DNA of 38,207 nt from assembly GCA_035628535.1 (NCBI GenBank), contig DASPJQ010000071.1, forward strand, positions 1 through 38,207, in the 5' to 3' direction. The notes below the pieces were generated by a model. The model was not told the DNA's origin, did no database searches, and was given only the letters and a program-made list of their open reading frames with translations. Positions within the stretch are counted from its first letter, which is position 1; every line of letters begins with the position of its first letter. Origin of the DNA: Flavobacteriales bacterium (GTDB taxonomy: Bacteria; Bacteroidota; Bacteroidia; Flavobacteriales_D; UBA2798). The translations under genes and the position numbers were made by a program. Below are positions 16,565 through 26,639 of the stretch, one piece after another.

Positions 16565-16918
16565 TTGTTTTGCATGAAGTACAGTGTTCTGTTAATCCTG
16601 GTTTTCATTTCAATGGTGTTACAAGCCCAGGAAAAACGTGCCACATATGCCACCAAATTTATTCCGTACCACATTACGTACAATGGATCAGATGACCCGA
16701 ACGAATGCTGGGAATCGGTGGCCTATGGCATTGTTGTGAACAGGGAATATTTCAGCCTGCCTTTTAACGCATTGGAAGAACTGAAAACGAAAATGGGGGA
16801 CGCGGAGATAACGGTTGAGGTGGTTTATTACGAGGAACCCTATGAGAATAGCGGTGAAGTGGGTAGTGTATTGAAAATAACTCTTGATAAACAAGTACTT
16901 TGGGTGTATAAACAATAA
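16565..16918 (+). CDS. Small secreted hypothetical protein
   Basis: Signal peptide (MKYSVLLILVFISMVLQAQE). The likely start is the second Met at 16574. No family recognised. Confidence 0.5.
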   Translation: MFCMKYSVLLILVFISMVLQAQEKRATYATKFIPYHITYNGSDDPNECWESVAYGIVVNREYFSLPFNALEELKTKMGDAEITVEVVYYEEPYENSGEVGSVLKITLDKQVLWVYKQ

Positions 16919-17027
16919 CGTATTTCAAAGCAATTGATATAAAGGTAACAGTGCCTTAAAGAAAAAGTTGAACAAGGCGTGTACATTTGTGCCGTAGCTT
17001 TTTTTTCATCATTCAACCTTTAATGAG

Positions 17028-17053
17028 AAACCGTGGGAGACTGCGGTTTTTTA
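17028..17053 (+). terminator. Candidate rho-independent terminator downstream of 16565..16918
   Basis: AAACCG-N10-CGGTTT followed by TTTATT. It lies in the convergent gap before the priA stop. Confidence 0.45.
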
Positions 17054-17064
17054 TTACCGGGCCT

Positions 17065-19542
17065 TTAAAGGGGATCAACGTCAACAATCACCCGTGTATT
17101 TTTATAATCTGAAAAAGCCCTGAATTCGTCAATGGTATGGGCAATGAATTTTTTAAACTCACCGAACTCTTCGGTTTTTTCAATTTTAATGATAATGGTT
17201 TCAAGATACATGTTCATGACCCGGTTTACAATGGGCTTTTCAGGTCCAAGCAATCGTTTGCCCAATTTTTCGCGTAACACCGCGGCCAGGTATTTGGCGG
17301 CCTTGCCCGCATGCTCTTCGTCTTTGTGACTTAATTCAATTTCTATTATACGGGAGTAAGGTGGATAAAAATACTTTTTGCGTTCGGGTAATTCATCCTC
17401 ATAAAACGTGCTGAAATCGTGTTTTTTTACCAGTTCAAGAACAGGATGTTGCGGATCGTTGGTTTGTATAAGCACTTTACCTTTGGCACCCTTGCGCCCT
17501 GCACGTCCTGCCACCTGGGTAAACAACTGGAACGCTTTTTCGAAAGCGCGGAACTCAGGAAAGCGTAAAATGGCATCGGCATAAGGTATGGCTACCAGGC
17601 TTACATTTGAAAAATCAAGGCCTTTAGTAATCATTTGGGTTCCCACCAGTATATCCATACGGCCCTGTTCAAATTCATCAATAATTTGCCGGTAACTTTC
17701 TTTGTTTCGGGTGGTATCCAGGTCCATGCGGCCAACTTTGGCATCGGGGAAAAAAAGTTTGAGGGTCTCTTCAATTTTTTCGGTGCCAAGGCCTATCATG
17801 CGCAGTTTATTGCTTCCGCATGAATTGCAACGGGCATTGGGCGCATATTTGGTATTGCAGTAATGGCAAATTAACTGGTGGCTGAATTTATGATAAGTAA
17901 GGCTTACATTGCAATTGGTGCACTCGGGCACCCAACCGCAATCATCGCAAATCCACAAAGGCGTATAACCCCTGCGGTTTTGAAAAACAATTACCTGCTG
18001 GCGGTCAGCCAGCGTTTTGGCAATGGCATCAATGAGCTGGGGAGAAAAATCTTCGTGAAGGGTTTTCTTTTTGCGTTCTTCTTTCAGGTCGATGGTTTGT
18101 ATGACTGGTAAATCGCCATGGGCAAACCGTTGTTTCATGACAACATAGCCGTATTTTCCATTTGTGGCATTTGAAAAGGTTTCAACCGAAGGGGTTGCCG
18201 AGCCCAAAACCACTTTTGCATTGAACTGCCGCGCAAGAACAATGGCCACATCGCGTGCGTTATAACGGGGCGAGGGCTGCTGCTGCTTAAAGCTTTGCTC
18301 ATGTTCTTCGTCAACAATGACCAGGCCCAGGTTTACAAAGGGTAAAAAAACAGCCGAACGCGCCCCAATAATGATTTTGTACCCGTTGTGCGGCCCCGCC
18401 AGTGTTTTCATCCACACCTCCACCCGTTCATTGGGATTGAACCGCGAATGATAAACACCCACTACGTTTCCAAAAACCCGGTTAAGCCGGTCAACCATTT
18501 GAGCTGTAATAGCAATTTCGGGAAGAAGGAATAAGACCTGCTGGCCAGTATCAATCATTTCTTTGATGAGGCGAAAATACACTTCGGTTTTTCCCGAGGC
18601 TGTTACACCGTGCAATAAGGTAATGCTGCTTTTGTCAAACGAAGTTTTAATTTCCTGCAGGGCTGCTTCCTGTTCCGGGTTAAGTGCATTGAATTCATTT
18701 ATTGAGCCGGCAAAGCCGCGGTTGCGTTCAACGCGCACTTTTTCCACCAGTAAAATTTCTTTTTTTACAAGCGCATTTATGCCGCTTTCGTTTTCGCCCA
18801 ATAAATGGGTCACATTGTCTTTTTTAACAGTAAGAAACTTGCCTTTTTCGGCCTGGCATGTTTTTAAATAGGCCATGAGCGCGTCAACCTGTTTAGGTGC
18901 CCGTTTTTCAAGTACAGTCAACAGGTTGTTGAGTTTTTCATCGGTGGCGTACACCGGGTTCAATTGAAGGTAATGCTCAATTTTTGGTTTGTAACGCGAC
19001 TTTATTTCCTCTTCGCTGGTGATGAGTTTTTTTTCAATGAGCTTTTTGAGAAAAGGCTGAACGTTTTTAATTTTCAATAAGTCGGAAATTTCAACCACGC
19101 TTATTCCGGGCCTGGCATCAAGTGCATCAAGCAGCAATTGCTCGTTTTCATTGAGCGCTATTTCGCTCAATTCAACTTCAGGGTCAATGAAAAATTTAGT
19201 TTCGGAATTTAGTTTTAAATTACCGGGAAGCGCTACATTGAATACTTCGCCAGGGTAACACATGTAATAGCTGACCACCCAATCCCACAATTCAAGTTGG
19301 TGTGCAGTAACAATGGGTTTTTCATCCAGTATATTTTCAAGGTATTTGGCCTGGTAATGCCGGGGAGGCACTGCATGCACCGTTTTGAGAATACCTGTAT
19401 AGAGCTTTGTTTTACCAAACTGAACCACAACCCGTTGACCAGGCTTTACGTATTCCTCCCACCCTGCAGGAACGCGGTACGTATATGTTTTTGGTACGTA
19501 CAGGGGTAAAATAACATCGGCAAAAAGGGTTTGTTCACTCAT
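17065..19542 (-). CDS. priA: Primosomal protein N' (replication restart helicase PriA)
   Basis: 825 aa. Walker A GVTASGKTEVY, DEEH box VIVDEEHE, the Cys-rich zinc-binding insert (CDDCGWVPECTNCNVSLTYH...CHYCN...CNSCGS), and the GTQMITKGLDF motif. Confidence 0.95.
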   Translation of the reverse strand: MSEQTLFADVILPLYVPKTYTYRVPAGWEEYVKPGQRVVVQFGKTKLYTGILKTVHAVPPRHYQAKYLENILDEKPIVTAHQLELWDWVVSYYMCYPGEVFNVALPGNLKLNSETKFFIDPEVELSEIALNENEQLLLDALDARPGISVVEISDLLKIKNVQPFLKKLIEKKLITSEEEIKSRYKPKIEHYLQLNPVYATDEKLNNLLTVLEKRAPKQVDALMAYLKTCQAEKGKFLTVKKDNVTHLLGENESGINALVKKEILLVEKVRVERNRGFAGSINEFNALNPEQEAALQEIKTSFDKSSITLLHGVTASGKTEVYFRLIKEMIDTGQQVLFLLPEIAITAQMVDRLNRVFGNVVGVYHSRFNPNERVEVWMKTLAGPHNGYKIIIGARSAVFLPFVNLGLVIVDEEHEQSFKQQQPSPRYNARDVAIVLARQFNAKVVLGSATPSVETFSNATNGKYGYVVMKQRFAHGDLPVIQTIDLKEERKKKTLHEDFSPQLIDAIAKTLADRQQVIVFQNRRGYTPLWICDDCGWVPECTNCNVSLTYHKFSHQLICHYCNTKYAPNARCNSCGSNKLRMIGLGTEKIEETLKLFFPDAKVGRMDLDTTRNKESYRQIIDEFEQGRMDILVGTQMITKGLDFSNVSLVAIPYADAILRFPEFRAFEKAFQLFTQVAGRAGRKGAKGKVLIQTNDPQHPVLELVKKHDFSTFYEDELPERKKYFYPPYSRIIEIELSHKDEEHAGKAAKYLAAVLREKLGKRLLGPEKPIVNRVMNMYLETIIIKIEKTEEFGEFKKFIAHTIDEFRAFSDYKNTRVIVDVDPL

Positions 19543-19613
19543 TCCTCAGGCAAAGATCCGCGCTTTTTTATAATTTGGTACAATCATTGTTTAACAGGAC
19601 AAAAAATTAAATT

Positions 19614-20843
19614 ATGAATAAATCGTTATACACCTTTTTATTTTTATTACCAACAACCGGCATTTGCCAGGTTATGCAAGATCATAAGGCAATTGTGAAA
19701 TATACCCAGTTGCCGGCAGTCAGCATTAACGATGGTTCCAACATGTTTTCGGTGGTGGTTGAAACGCCTTTCCTGCAAAAAAACCAGGACAGCATGGCAT
19801 TATATGAAATTACCAAGCAAAACTACATGAAGGAGGTTGAAACCGCATTGGACAACTGGCGTTTGCAAAACAGCGGAGCAGGTGACCGCAACTATTGGGC
19901 ACAGATGGCGGTTTATGAGAATAAGGTAAACGCAGGTGATGCAACCGCGCAAATGCCACAACAAAGCCCTCCGGCCCCTTTTGTATTTAACAAACCTTAT
20001 CCTAAAAAACCGTTTTTGTTAAAGGAAGTAAACGGCCCATCGGTAATTTCAGGCATTAAAATAGAAGGCTTTACCCAGCAACAGGATGCCCCTGTAAAAA
20101 TAACATTGATATGGAACGGTTTTGAGCGCGGCCCCATCAAGGAAAATAAAAGCGGTGCAGGTGCACTTACCAAATACAAATACGAGGTCCAGTACAGGCA
20201 CCGTGTAACCCTGAAAATTGATGTCCCCGGAAAAGGCCTGGTGGTAAATGAGAACATTGCCGAAACGGAAGGATACCGCACCTACAATACCAGTGAATAC
20301 AAAACAAGAGGCGATTTTAAATTGTGGTGGATTGATAACGAAGCAACTTTTTGGGAGCAGCGCCAGGCTGAAATAGTGATGCAACACGTTGCTACCATTA
20401 ATAGCTACTTAAATGAAAAGGTCGGGTATCCCAAAAAAAGTTATGCCGTTGAAATGCACAGCGTGAAAAAAAGCAAGGATTTTGATTACAGCGATTATAC
20501 CACCGCATGGAACGCTGCGCAGGACGGATTATTGAAGGTTGAATACAAGGACAAAAAAGCTGAAGTATCTCAAAAATTGCAACAGGCTATTGATATATGG
20601 AACAAAGCGTTGACCGAATCAGATTTAAACAGTAAAAAGGCGCGCATTAACAGGGAGGTAACGTCAGCAACATATGTAAACCTTGCCATTGCCTATTTAT
20701 GGCAGGGTAATTATGTAGATGCCGAACTAAGCTGTAACAAAGGATTAGCGGTTGATTTTAACCGTTACAACCGTGAATTGCGTCCTATACTGGATTTTGT
20801 AAAATTCCAGAAAGCAAGGGCAGAGGCAAACCCGGGACAGTAA
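19614..20843 (+). CDS. Secreted hypothetical protein, 409 aa, TPR-like C-terminus
   Basis: N-terminal signal peptide. C-terminal LAIAYLWQGNYVDAELSCNKGLAVD resembles a TPR unit. Followed by a strong terminator. Confidence 0.6.
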   Translation: MNKSLYTFLFLLPTTGICQVMQDHKAIVKYTQLPAVSINDGSNMFSVVVETPFLQKNQDSMALYEITKQNYMKEVETALDNWRLQNSGAGDRNYWAQMAVYENKVNAGDATAQMPQQSPPAPFVFNKPYPKKPFLLKEVNGPSVISGIKIEGFTQQQDAPVKITLIWNGFERGPIKENKSGAGALTKYKYEVQYRHRVTLKIDVPGKGLVVNENIAETEGYRTYNTSEYKTRGDFKLWWIDNEATFWEQRQAEIVMQHVATINSYLNEKVGYPKKSYAVEMHSVKKSKDFDYSDYTTAWNAAQDGLLKVEYKDKKAEVSQKLQQAIDIWNKALTESDLNSKKARINREVTSATYVNLAIAYLWQGNYVDAELSCNKGLAVDFNRYNRELRPILDFVKFQKARAEANPGQ

Positions 20844-20902
20844 GCTAATTCAGTGATAAGCTGAATCGGTAGACGACACAGCTTTGACCTACTAAAAACA
20901 TA

Positions 20903-20941
20903 ATGCACAAATGATGGAACAGTTGTTTGTGCATTTTTTTT
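20903..20941 (+). terminator. Rho-independent terminator
   Basis: Perfect 9-bp stem ATGCACAAA / TTTGTGCAT with a 14-nt loop, followed directly by a T-run (8 consecutive T counting the last stem base). Confidence 0.75.
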
Positions 20942-21133
20942 ATCCTGAAAGTCCTGGTTTTTTCATTGAAAACTTCTTAAACTCATAATTGTTTTGAACG
21001 AATTGAGAGTTAAACTGTATTCTCTTTTAACCTTGTAGGACGAACATGCAATATAAGTGGCGTTAACATCGTTTAACAGGCTGTTAAGCAACCGGCTTAA
21101 ACCATATTTGTCTTACACCAAAACCCAGGTATT

Positions 21134-23101
21134 ATGAAAAAACTATGGCTGGTGCCGTTGTTGCTGGCATTTAATGCCCATGCAAAAGACCTTGAATTAA
21201 AAACCAAAATTACCAATGTAACCGTTTTCCAGAGCGGGGCGCAGGTTACCCGAACGGGCTCATTAACGTTGCCCTCAGGTGAACACGAAGTGGTCATTCA
21301 TGATGCGACTTCGCTGTTGAAAAAAGAGAGCATCCAGGTAAAAGGCGAGGGCAACTTTACCATTCTTTCGGTCAACCACCAGGTTGATTTACGCGAACAG
21401 AACATGGACAAAAGCAAAACAGCCGAATTGGAGGCCAAACAAAAAAACCTGATGCGCCAAATGGAAGACCTTTCGGTAAAAATTGAAGTGCTGCGCAACG
21501 AGGAAGGAGTGATCAATAACATGCAGCAAGTTACCCCGGCCACTGAGGGCATAACGGTTGAGCAGGTGGGTAAGGCCCAGGAACTGGTGCGCGTCAAACT
21601 CTCCTCAATAAAAAACGATAAACTTTTACTGAGCCGGCAAATGGAAGAGTTGTATGAACAATACCAGAAGGTAACGCAACAGTTAACGGCCATACGCACG
21701 CCTAAACAAAATGTACGTTATGAAATTGTGGTCAGGGTACTGGTAAAGACCGAGACCAAAGGCGACTTTTCATTGACCTATATTGTTCCCAATGCACGCT
21801 GGTACCCCAGTTATGATTTGCGCGTGAAAAACATTGCAGAGCCTATGGTTATTGATTATAAAGCAAATGTTACCCAACAAACAGGTGAAGACTGGACCGA
21901 TGTAAAACTGAAATTATCAACGGGTGACCCGAGTGAATCATCGCAAAAACCAATTGTGTCGCCCTGGCTGTTGTATTTGAACCAGCATTATGTGCAACCC
22001 CGCCAGCAAAGTAATTTTTACCGGTATACCGATGCGAAATTTACAAAGGTGAATGGAACTGTACTGGACAGGCAAACAGGCGAACCGTTACCGTTTTGCC
22101 CGGTTATGGTATATGGAACAAACATTGGCGCCACAACTGATGCCGATGGAAATTTCAATTTGATTTTGCCTGAAAATGCCAGTTATTTAAACCTGAAATA
22201 CCTTGGTTATACCGAAAAAAATGTTCCCATCAAAGCATCGCCCATGAAAATTTATTTGCAGCCATCAAATACAAAGTTGGCTGAAGTTTCAATTATCAAC
22301 GAACAGGAAGCGGGTGAGGTTTCGGCTGAAGACCCACAATTCAGCCAGTTTACCCCTAAAGTAAATGAACGGGAAAAATTGTATTTCAGCAATGGACGCA
22401 AGTATGGTGAAAATGACATAACAACAACTATAAACGGCAACGTTGAAAAAATAGAAGCCGGTAATGTAAGTGTGGCGCCAAGCATGAACATTGTAAGCAC
22501 CGAATTTGTAATTGAAGAGAAATACACCATTCTTTCGGACCCAAAAAACATCATTGTCTCCATTCAGTCCATACAGGCCAACGCAGGATACCAATACTAT
22601 TGTGCCCCCCGTCTGGAAAAAGACGTTTTCCTGACCGCGCAAATGATAGATTGGGAACAATACAATTTACTGGAAGGCCAGGCCAACGTGTTTTTTGAAG
22701 GTACCTTTATTGGCAGCACGGTTTTAGACACGCGGTTTTTGACCGATACACTTGAGATTTCGCTAGGGCGCGATAAAAGTGTAAAGGTGGAACGAAAAAA
22801 ATCAAAAGAGTTCAACAAACGCCAGGCGCTGGGCAGCAATAACATTGCTTACCGTTACTGGGACATAGCCGTTCGTAACGGCAAACAGCAACCTGTCAAT
22901 ATCATGATTGAAGACCAGTTTCCCCTCTCGGCCGACAGTAAAATTGAAGTGAAACGTGAAAGCAAAGGCGATGGCAAACTGGATGATAAAACTGGCATTG
23001 TTACCTGGACGTATGACAAACTTATACCCAGTGAAACAAAAAACACCGAATTGAAATACAGCGTGAAGTATCCGAAGGGAACATTTATTGGGTTAGACTA
23101 A
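21134..23101 (+). CDS. DUF4140/DUF4139 (MuiA-like) family secreted protein with an inserted CarboxypepD_reg-like domain, paralog A
   Basis: Signal peptide. N-terminal VTVFQSGAQVTR motif, coiled coil, NARWYPSYDLRV, GEDWTDVKLKLSTGDP, and C-terminal LLEGQANVFFEGTFIG...LEISLGRDKSVKVERK. The insert GTVLDRQTGEPLPFCPVMVYGTNIGATTDADGNFNL matches carboxypeptidase-regulatory-like domains. Confidence 0.75.
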   Translation: MKKLWLVPLLLAFNAHAKDLELKTKITNVTVFQSGAQVTRTGSLTLPSGEHEVVIHDATSLLKKESIQVKGEGNFTILSVNHQVDLREQNMDKSKTAELEAKQKNLMRQMEDLSVKIEVLRNEEGVINNMQQVTPATEGITVEQVGKAQELVRVKLSSIKNDKLLLSRQMEELYEQYQKVTQQLTAIRTPKQNVRYEIVVRVLVKTETKGDFSLTYIVPNARWYPSYDLRVKNIAEPMVIDYKANVTQQTGEDWTDVKLKLSTGDPSESSQKPIVSPWLLYLNQHYVQPRQQSNFYRYTDAKFTKVNGTVLDRQTGEPLPFCPVMVYGTNIGATTDADGNFNLILPENASYLNLKYLGYTEKNVPIKASPMKIYLQPSNTKLAEVSIINEQEAGEVSAEDPQFSQFTPKVNEREKLYFSNGRKYGENDITTTINGNVEKIEAGNVSVAPSMNIVSTEFVIEEKYTILSDPKNIIVSIQSIQANAGYQYYCAPRLEKDVFLTAQMIDWEQYNLLEGQANVFFEGTFIGSTVLDTRFLTDTLEISLGRDKSVKVERKKSKEFNKRQALGSNNIAYRYWDIAVRNGKQQPVNIMIEDQFPLSADSKIEVKRESKGDGKLDDKTGIVTWTYDKLIPSETKNTELKYSVKYPKGTFIGLD

Positions 23102-23146
23102 TAAGCTAATGTGCAAATAAGCTAAGCTAATGAAGAAGTTAAAAAA

Positions 23147-25255
23147 ATGAAAACTATGAAAAAATTAAACATAAGACTATATTTCTTTTTTGTATCTCAG
23201 CGCCTTTGTGTGACACTATGTCTTGCATTTGTTTGCGTGAACCTTACCGCGAAGGACCATGAAATGAAAACCGCATTGACCGAAGTAACCGTTTTCCAGA
23301 GCGGAGCGCAGGTTAAACGCATTGGTTCAACAACCATACCTGCCGGTGAAACCGAAATAAAAATTAAGGACGCCACGGCCCTGCTGCTGGAAGAAAGTAT
23401 ACAGGTGAAAGGCGAAGGAAATTTCACCATCTTGTCAGTCAACCACCAGGTAGACCTGCAGGAAATGGATAACCAAAAGTCAAAATGGGACGCCCTTGAG
23501 GCCAAACAAAAAAACCTGATGCGACAAATGGAAGAGTTGAGTGTAAAAATACAGGTGCTGAATGCCGAAGAGAACACCATCATGAACCTGAAACAAACCA
23601 CAACGCAAACCAAAGGTGTTACGGTTGAACAAATGGCCAAAGCCCAGGAAATGATCAGGTTGAAATTAACGGAAATTAAAAATGAAAAGTTGAAGCATTC
23701 CAGGGCGGTGCTTGATTTGTTTGATGAACACAAAAAAGTATTCCAGCAATTGGTTGCGCTAAAAACGCCCAAACAAAGCCTGAGCTATGAAATCGTGATC
23801 AAGGTGTTTGCCAAAGCTGAAACAAAAGGGAGTTTTGAGATAACTTACGTTACTCCCAATGCGCGCTGGTATCCCACTTACGATTTGAGGGTAAAAGACG
23901 TTGCATCACCCATGGTGATTGAATACAAAGCCAATGTCACGCAGGAAAGCGGTGAAGACTGGAACAATGTAAAACTTAAATTGTCAACCGGTGATCCGTC
24001 ACGTTCATCCAAAAAACCCGCGGTAGAGCCCTGGCTGATTTATTTGAACCAAAATTACATACAGCCACGTGCCGCAAACAGTTTTTTCCAATACACCGAT
24101 GCGCGTTTTACACACATGACCGGTACCGTTTTAAATTCAGAAACCGGTGAGCCTGTATCGTGGTGCGGCATTCATGTGCCCGGCACCAACATTGGCACTA
24201 CAGCCGATGTTGATGGTAAGTTTTCGTTGGTATTGCCGGTGAACATACGCAGCATTTACGTTTATGCTATCGGATACAACGCACAAACTGTGAGCGTAAC
24301 CGAAAAAGACATGAAAATAAAATTGGTTAAGAAATATATGCCCTTAAACGAAACCGTAAAAACCGATTACGAAAGGCAATTGGCCACGGTGCGGTCGCCA
24401 ACATTCAAAACCGACTACGATGGAGATTTATATTCGGTTGATATTCCTGTTGAACCTATTTACGAGGAAACAAAAAAGATGGAAGAACACTTGATGGAAT
24501 TGCACAATGAATACAGCTGGAGCGGTGCAGATGCTTCGGTTAACTTATCGAGCAGCTCGCCTAAGACCTACGGTGCCTATAACATTACAGTAACCGATTC
24601 AAACGGAGCCATTGCCTGGAACCCAACGGCCGCTAAAACCCTGAACATAGTAAGCACCGAGTTTAACATTGAAGAAAAATACACAATCCCGTCAGACCCC
24701 AAAAACATTACCGTCATGATTGAAAGCATTACGGTACCGGCTACATACCAATATTACTGTGCCCCGCGTTTGGACAAAGATGTTTTCATTACCGCACAGG
24801 TGATGAACTGGGAGCAATACAACTTGTTGGAAGGGCAGGCCAATGTGTTTTTTGAAGGGACATTTACCGGTCAAACGTTTTTTGATACGCGGTATTTGGT
24901 GGATACGCTTGAAATCTCGCTGGGCCGTGACAAATCCATCAAGGTGGAACGAAAAAAAGCTAAGGAATACAACAAAAAACAAGTCCTTGGAAGCGATAAC
25001 ATTGCTTACCGCCATTGGGACATTGGTGTGCGCAATGCCAAGAAGCAGGCCATTGATATTATTGTTGAAGACCAGTTCCCGCTCTCAGCCGACAGCAAGA
25101 TTGAGGTAACACAGGAGGAACGCAGCGGAGGCGAACTGAATGAAAAAACAGGGAGTGTAAAATGGACTTTTAAGCTGGAACCATCAACCACCAGAAATCT
25201 GGCGTTGCGGTATAAGGTCAAGTTCCCGAAAGGGAATTTTGTTGGGCTTGATTGA
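23147..25255 (+). CDS. DUF4140/DUF4139 (MuiA-like) family secreted protein with an inserted CarboxypepD_reg-like domain, paralog B
   Basis: Collinear with paralog A and carries the same motifs. It starts 45 nt after A. It is 702 aa because the non-alignable segment after the inserted domain is longer. The start may be an internal Met. Confidence 0.75.
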   Translation: MKTMKKLNIRLYFFFVSQRLCVTLCLAFVCVNLTAKDHEMKTALTEVTVFQSGAQVKRIGSTTIPAGETEIKIKDATALLLEESIQVKGEGNFTILSVNHQVDLQEMDNQKSKWDALEAKQKNLMRQMEELSVKIQVLNAEENTIMNLKQTTTQTKGVTVEQMAKAQEMIRLKLTEIKNEKLKHSRAVLDLFDEHKKVFQQLVALKTPKQSLSYEIVIKVFAKAETKGSFEITYVTPNARWYPTYDLRVKDVASPMVIEYKANVTQESGEDWNNVKLKLSTGDPSRSSKKPAVEPWLIYLNQNYIQPRAANSFFQYTDARFTHMTGTVLNSETGEPVSWCGIHVPGTNIGTTADVDGKFSLVLPVNIRSIYVYAIGYNAQTVSVTEKDMKIKLVKKYMPLNETVKTDYERQLATVRSPTFKTDYDGDLYSVDIPVEPIYEETKKMEEHLMELHNEYSWSGADASVNLSSSSPKTYGAYNITVTDSNGAIAWNPTAAKTLNIVSTEFNIEEKYTIPSDPKNITVMIESITVPATYQYYCAPRLDKDVFITAQVMNWEQYNLLEGQANVFFEGTFTGQTFFDTRYLVDTLEISLGRDKSIKVERKKAKEYNKKQVLGSDNIAYRHWDIGVRNAKKQAIDIIVEDQFPLSADSKIEVTQEERSGGELNEKTGSVKWTFKLEPSTTRNLALRYKVKFPKGNFVGLD

Positions 25256-25475
25256 TGAGCTTATGAGATAAATAAAGCCAATGAGCCGATAGAGGCAGTT
25301 CTGTAAAGGCGTAAATGCATCCTTTTTTGCGGAGACCTGTAACAGATGACAGTGTGCCCTCCTCTCAGGCAAAACCCTTTGTATACCCCAATGATGTGTT
25401 TTGTTTGAAAGACAGGCGCCCCCCTTAAGGAATTTAAAAATTGAATAGTAGATTGTAAATTTCTAAATTTTTAAA

Positions 25476-26543
25476 TCACTTACTCTTCACTTCAGGAATA
25501 TCTTCGATTTTTATAGGCGCTTCGTTTATTTCTCTGGGAATGAAACTACGCTCAAGCAACTCGTCAAGGGGTACATCTTTTTCAATAATTTTTAGTTTTT
25601 TTGACATGCGGGCAATTTCTTCGAATTCTTCGGTGGTTGGTGTGAGTTGTACATAGCTTACGCGGTGCGGGGTTGAGGTGAGCACATAGTTGAGCACTTT
25701 TTGGTCCTGCCGGTAATAGGGTACAACAAGTTTTGCAGCATCGGCACGGTGTGTTTCGGCCCACTGCCCGCTTTCGGCAATACCGCGCACCAGATCTTTA
25801 ACTACTTCGGGTTTTTCTTTGATCAGGTCTTCGTGCACAACAAGTGCGCAGGAAACAAAATTAGGCCATATGTCACGTGACAGGTACAAAACCCTGCCAG
25901 TGCCGTCCAATTCAGCCTTGGCGCAAAACGGTTCGCCCACGAAATACCCATCAATGGCCCCTGCCGCCAACGAGGTTGGCATATCGGGCGGAGGCAGTAC
26001 AATGAATTCAATGTCTTTTTCACCTAAACCTTGTTGCTCCATGAGTTTATGTAACACCAGGTATTGGTTGCTGTAAAAACTTGGTATGGCAATTTTTTTA
26101 CCTTTCATGTCACGAAGGGTTTTTGCTTTGCTGTTTTTGGCAACAATGATTTCGGACCCATCGCGATGGCCCAGGTAACAGATTTTTACAGGGACACCGT
26201 CAGCCCGCAATTTCATGGCCAAGGGGGCAATCATGAACGTGGCCTGGATTTGTTTTGCCTGCAATGCGCTTACCACGGTTGGAAAATCCATGTAGCGGTG
26301 CGAATTGAAATTGGTATTGGATTGGGTTGTTTTGGAGGCAAAATCGGTAACGGGACAGGTCAAATGGCAGGTAACAGGCAAATAGCCTACGGTAAGCTCA
26401 CGTTTGGCTTTCATGTTAGGCCCGTTGTGAATGGGGTCTTTTTTCGCTTCGTTTTTTGCTTGCCAGGGTTTGAACCGTAATAAACCCAGCGCCCCAACGG
26501 CCGCCACAACAAGAAAAATGACAACAATACGTTTGCGTTTCAT
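25476..26543 (-). CDS. NMT1/SsuA/NrtA-like periplasmic substrate-binding protein with an N-terminal membrane anchor
   Basis: 355 aa with an N-terminal TM helix. VGYLPVTCHL..., GKKIAIPS..., AAGAIDGYFVGEPF resemble the NitT/TauT-family binding-protein fold. No permease or ATPase gene is adjacent. Confidence 0.65.
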   Translation of the reverse strand: MKRKRIVVIFLVVAAVGALGLLRFKPWQAKNEAKKDPIHNGPNMKAKRELTVGYLPVTCHLTCPVTDFASKTTQSNTNFNSHRYMDFPTVVSALQAKQIQATFMIAPLAMKLRADGVPVKICYLGHRDGSEIIVAKNSKAKTLRDMKGKKIAIPSFYSNQYLVLHKLMEQQGLGEKDIEFIVLPPPDMPTSLAAGAIDGYFVGEPFCAKAELDGTGRVLYLSRDIWPNFVSCALVVHEDLIKEKPEVVKDLVRGIAESGQWAETHRADAAKLVVPYYRQDQKVLNYVLTSTPHRVSYVQLTPTTEEFEEIARMSKKLKIIEKDVPLDELLERSFIPREINEAPIKIEDIPEVKSK

Positions 26544-26639
26544 GCGTTGAAAAAAGTGTTTAAAGATACTTCTTTTTAAGACATAAACCGCACGCTGAAA
26601 CAGAGCAAAGGGTTTTTAGTATTTTTTGCAAAGGAACAG

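Noticed and set aside
23197-23772. A 191-aa minus-strand ORF inside DUF4139 paralog B, and similar ORFs at 21298..21699, 22252..22660 and 24692..25015
   Set aside because: They are antisense shadows within strongly supported + strand genes, with no independent signal.
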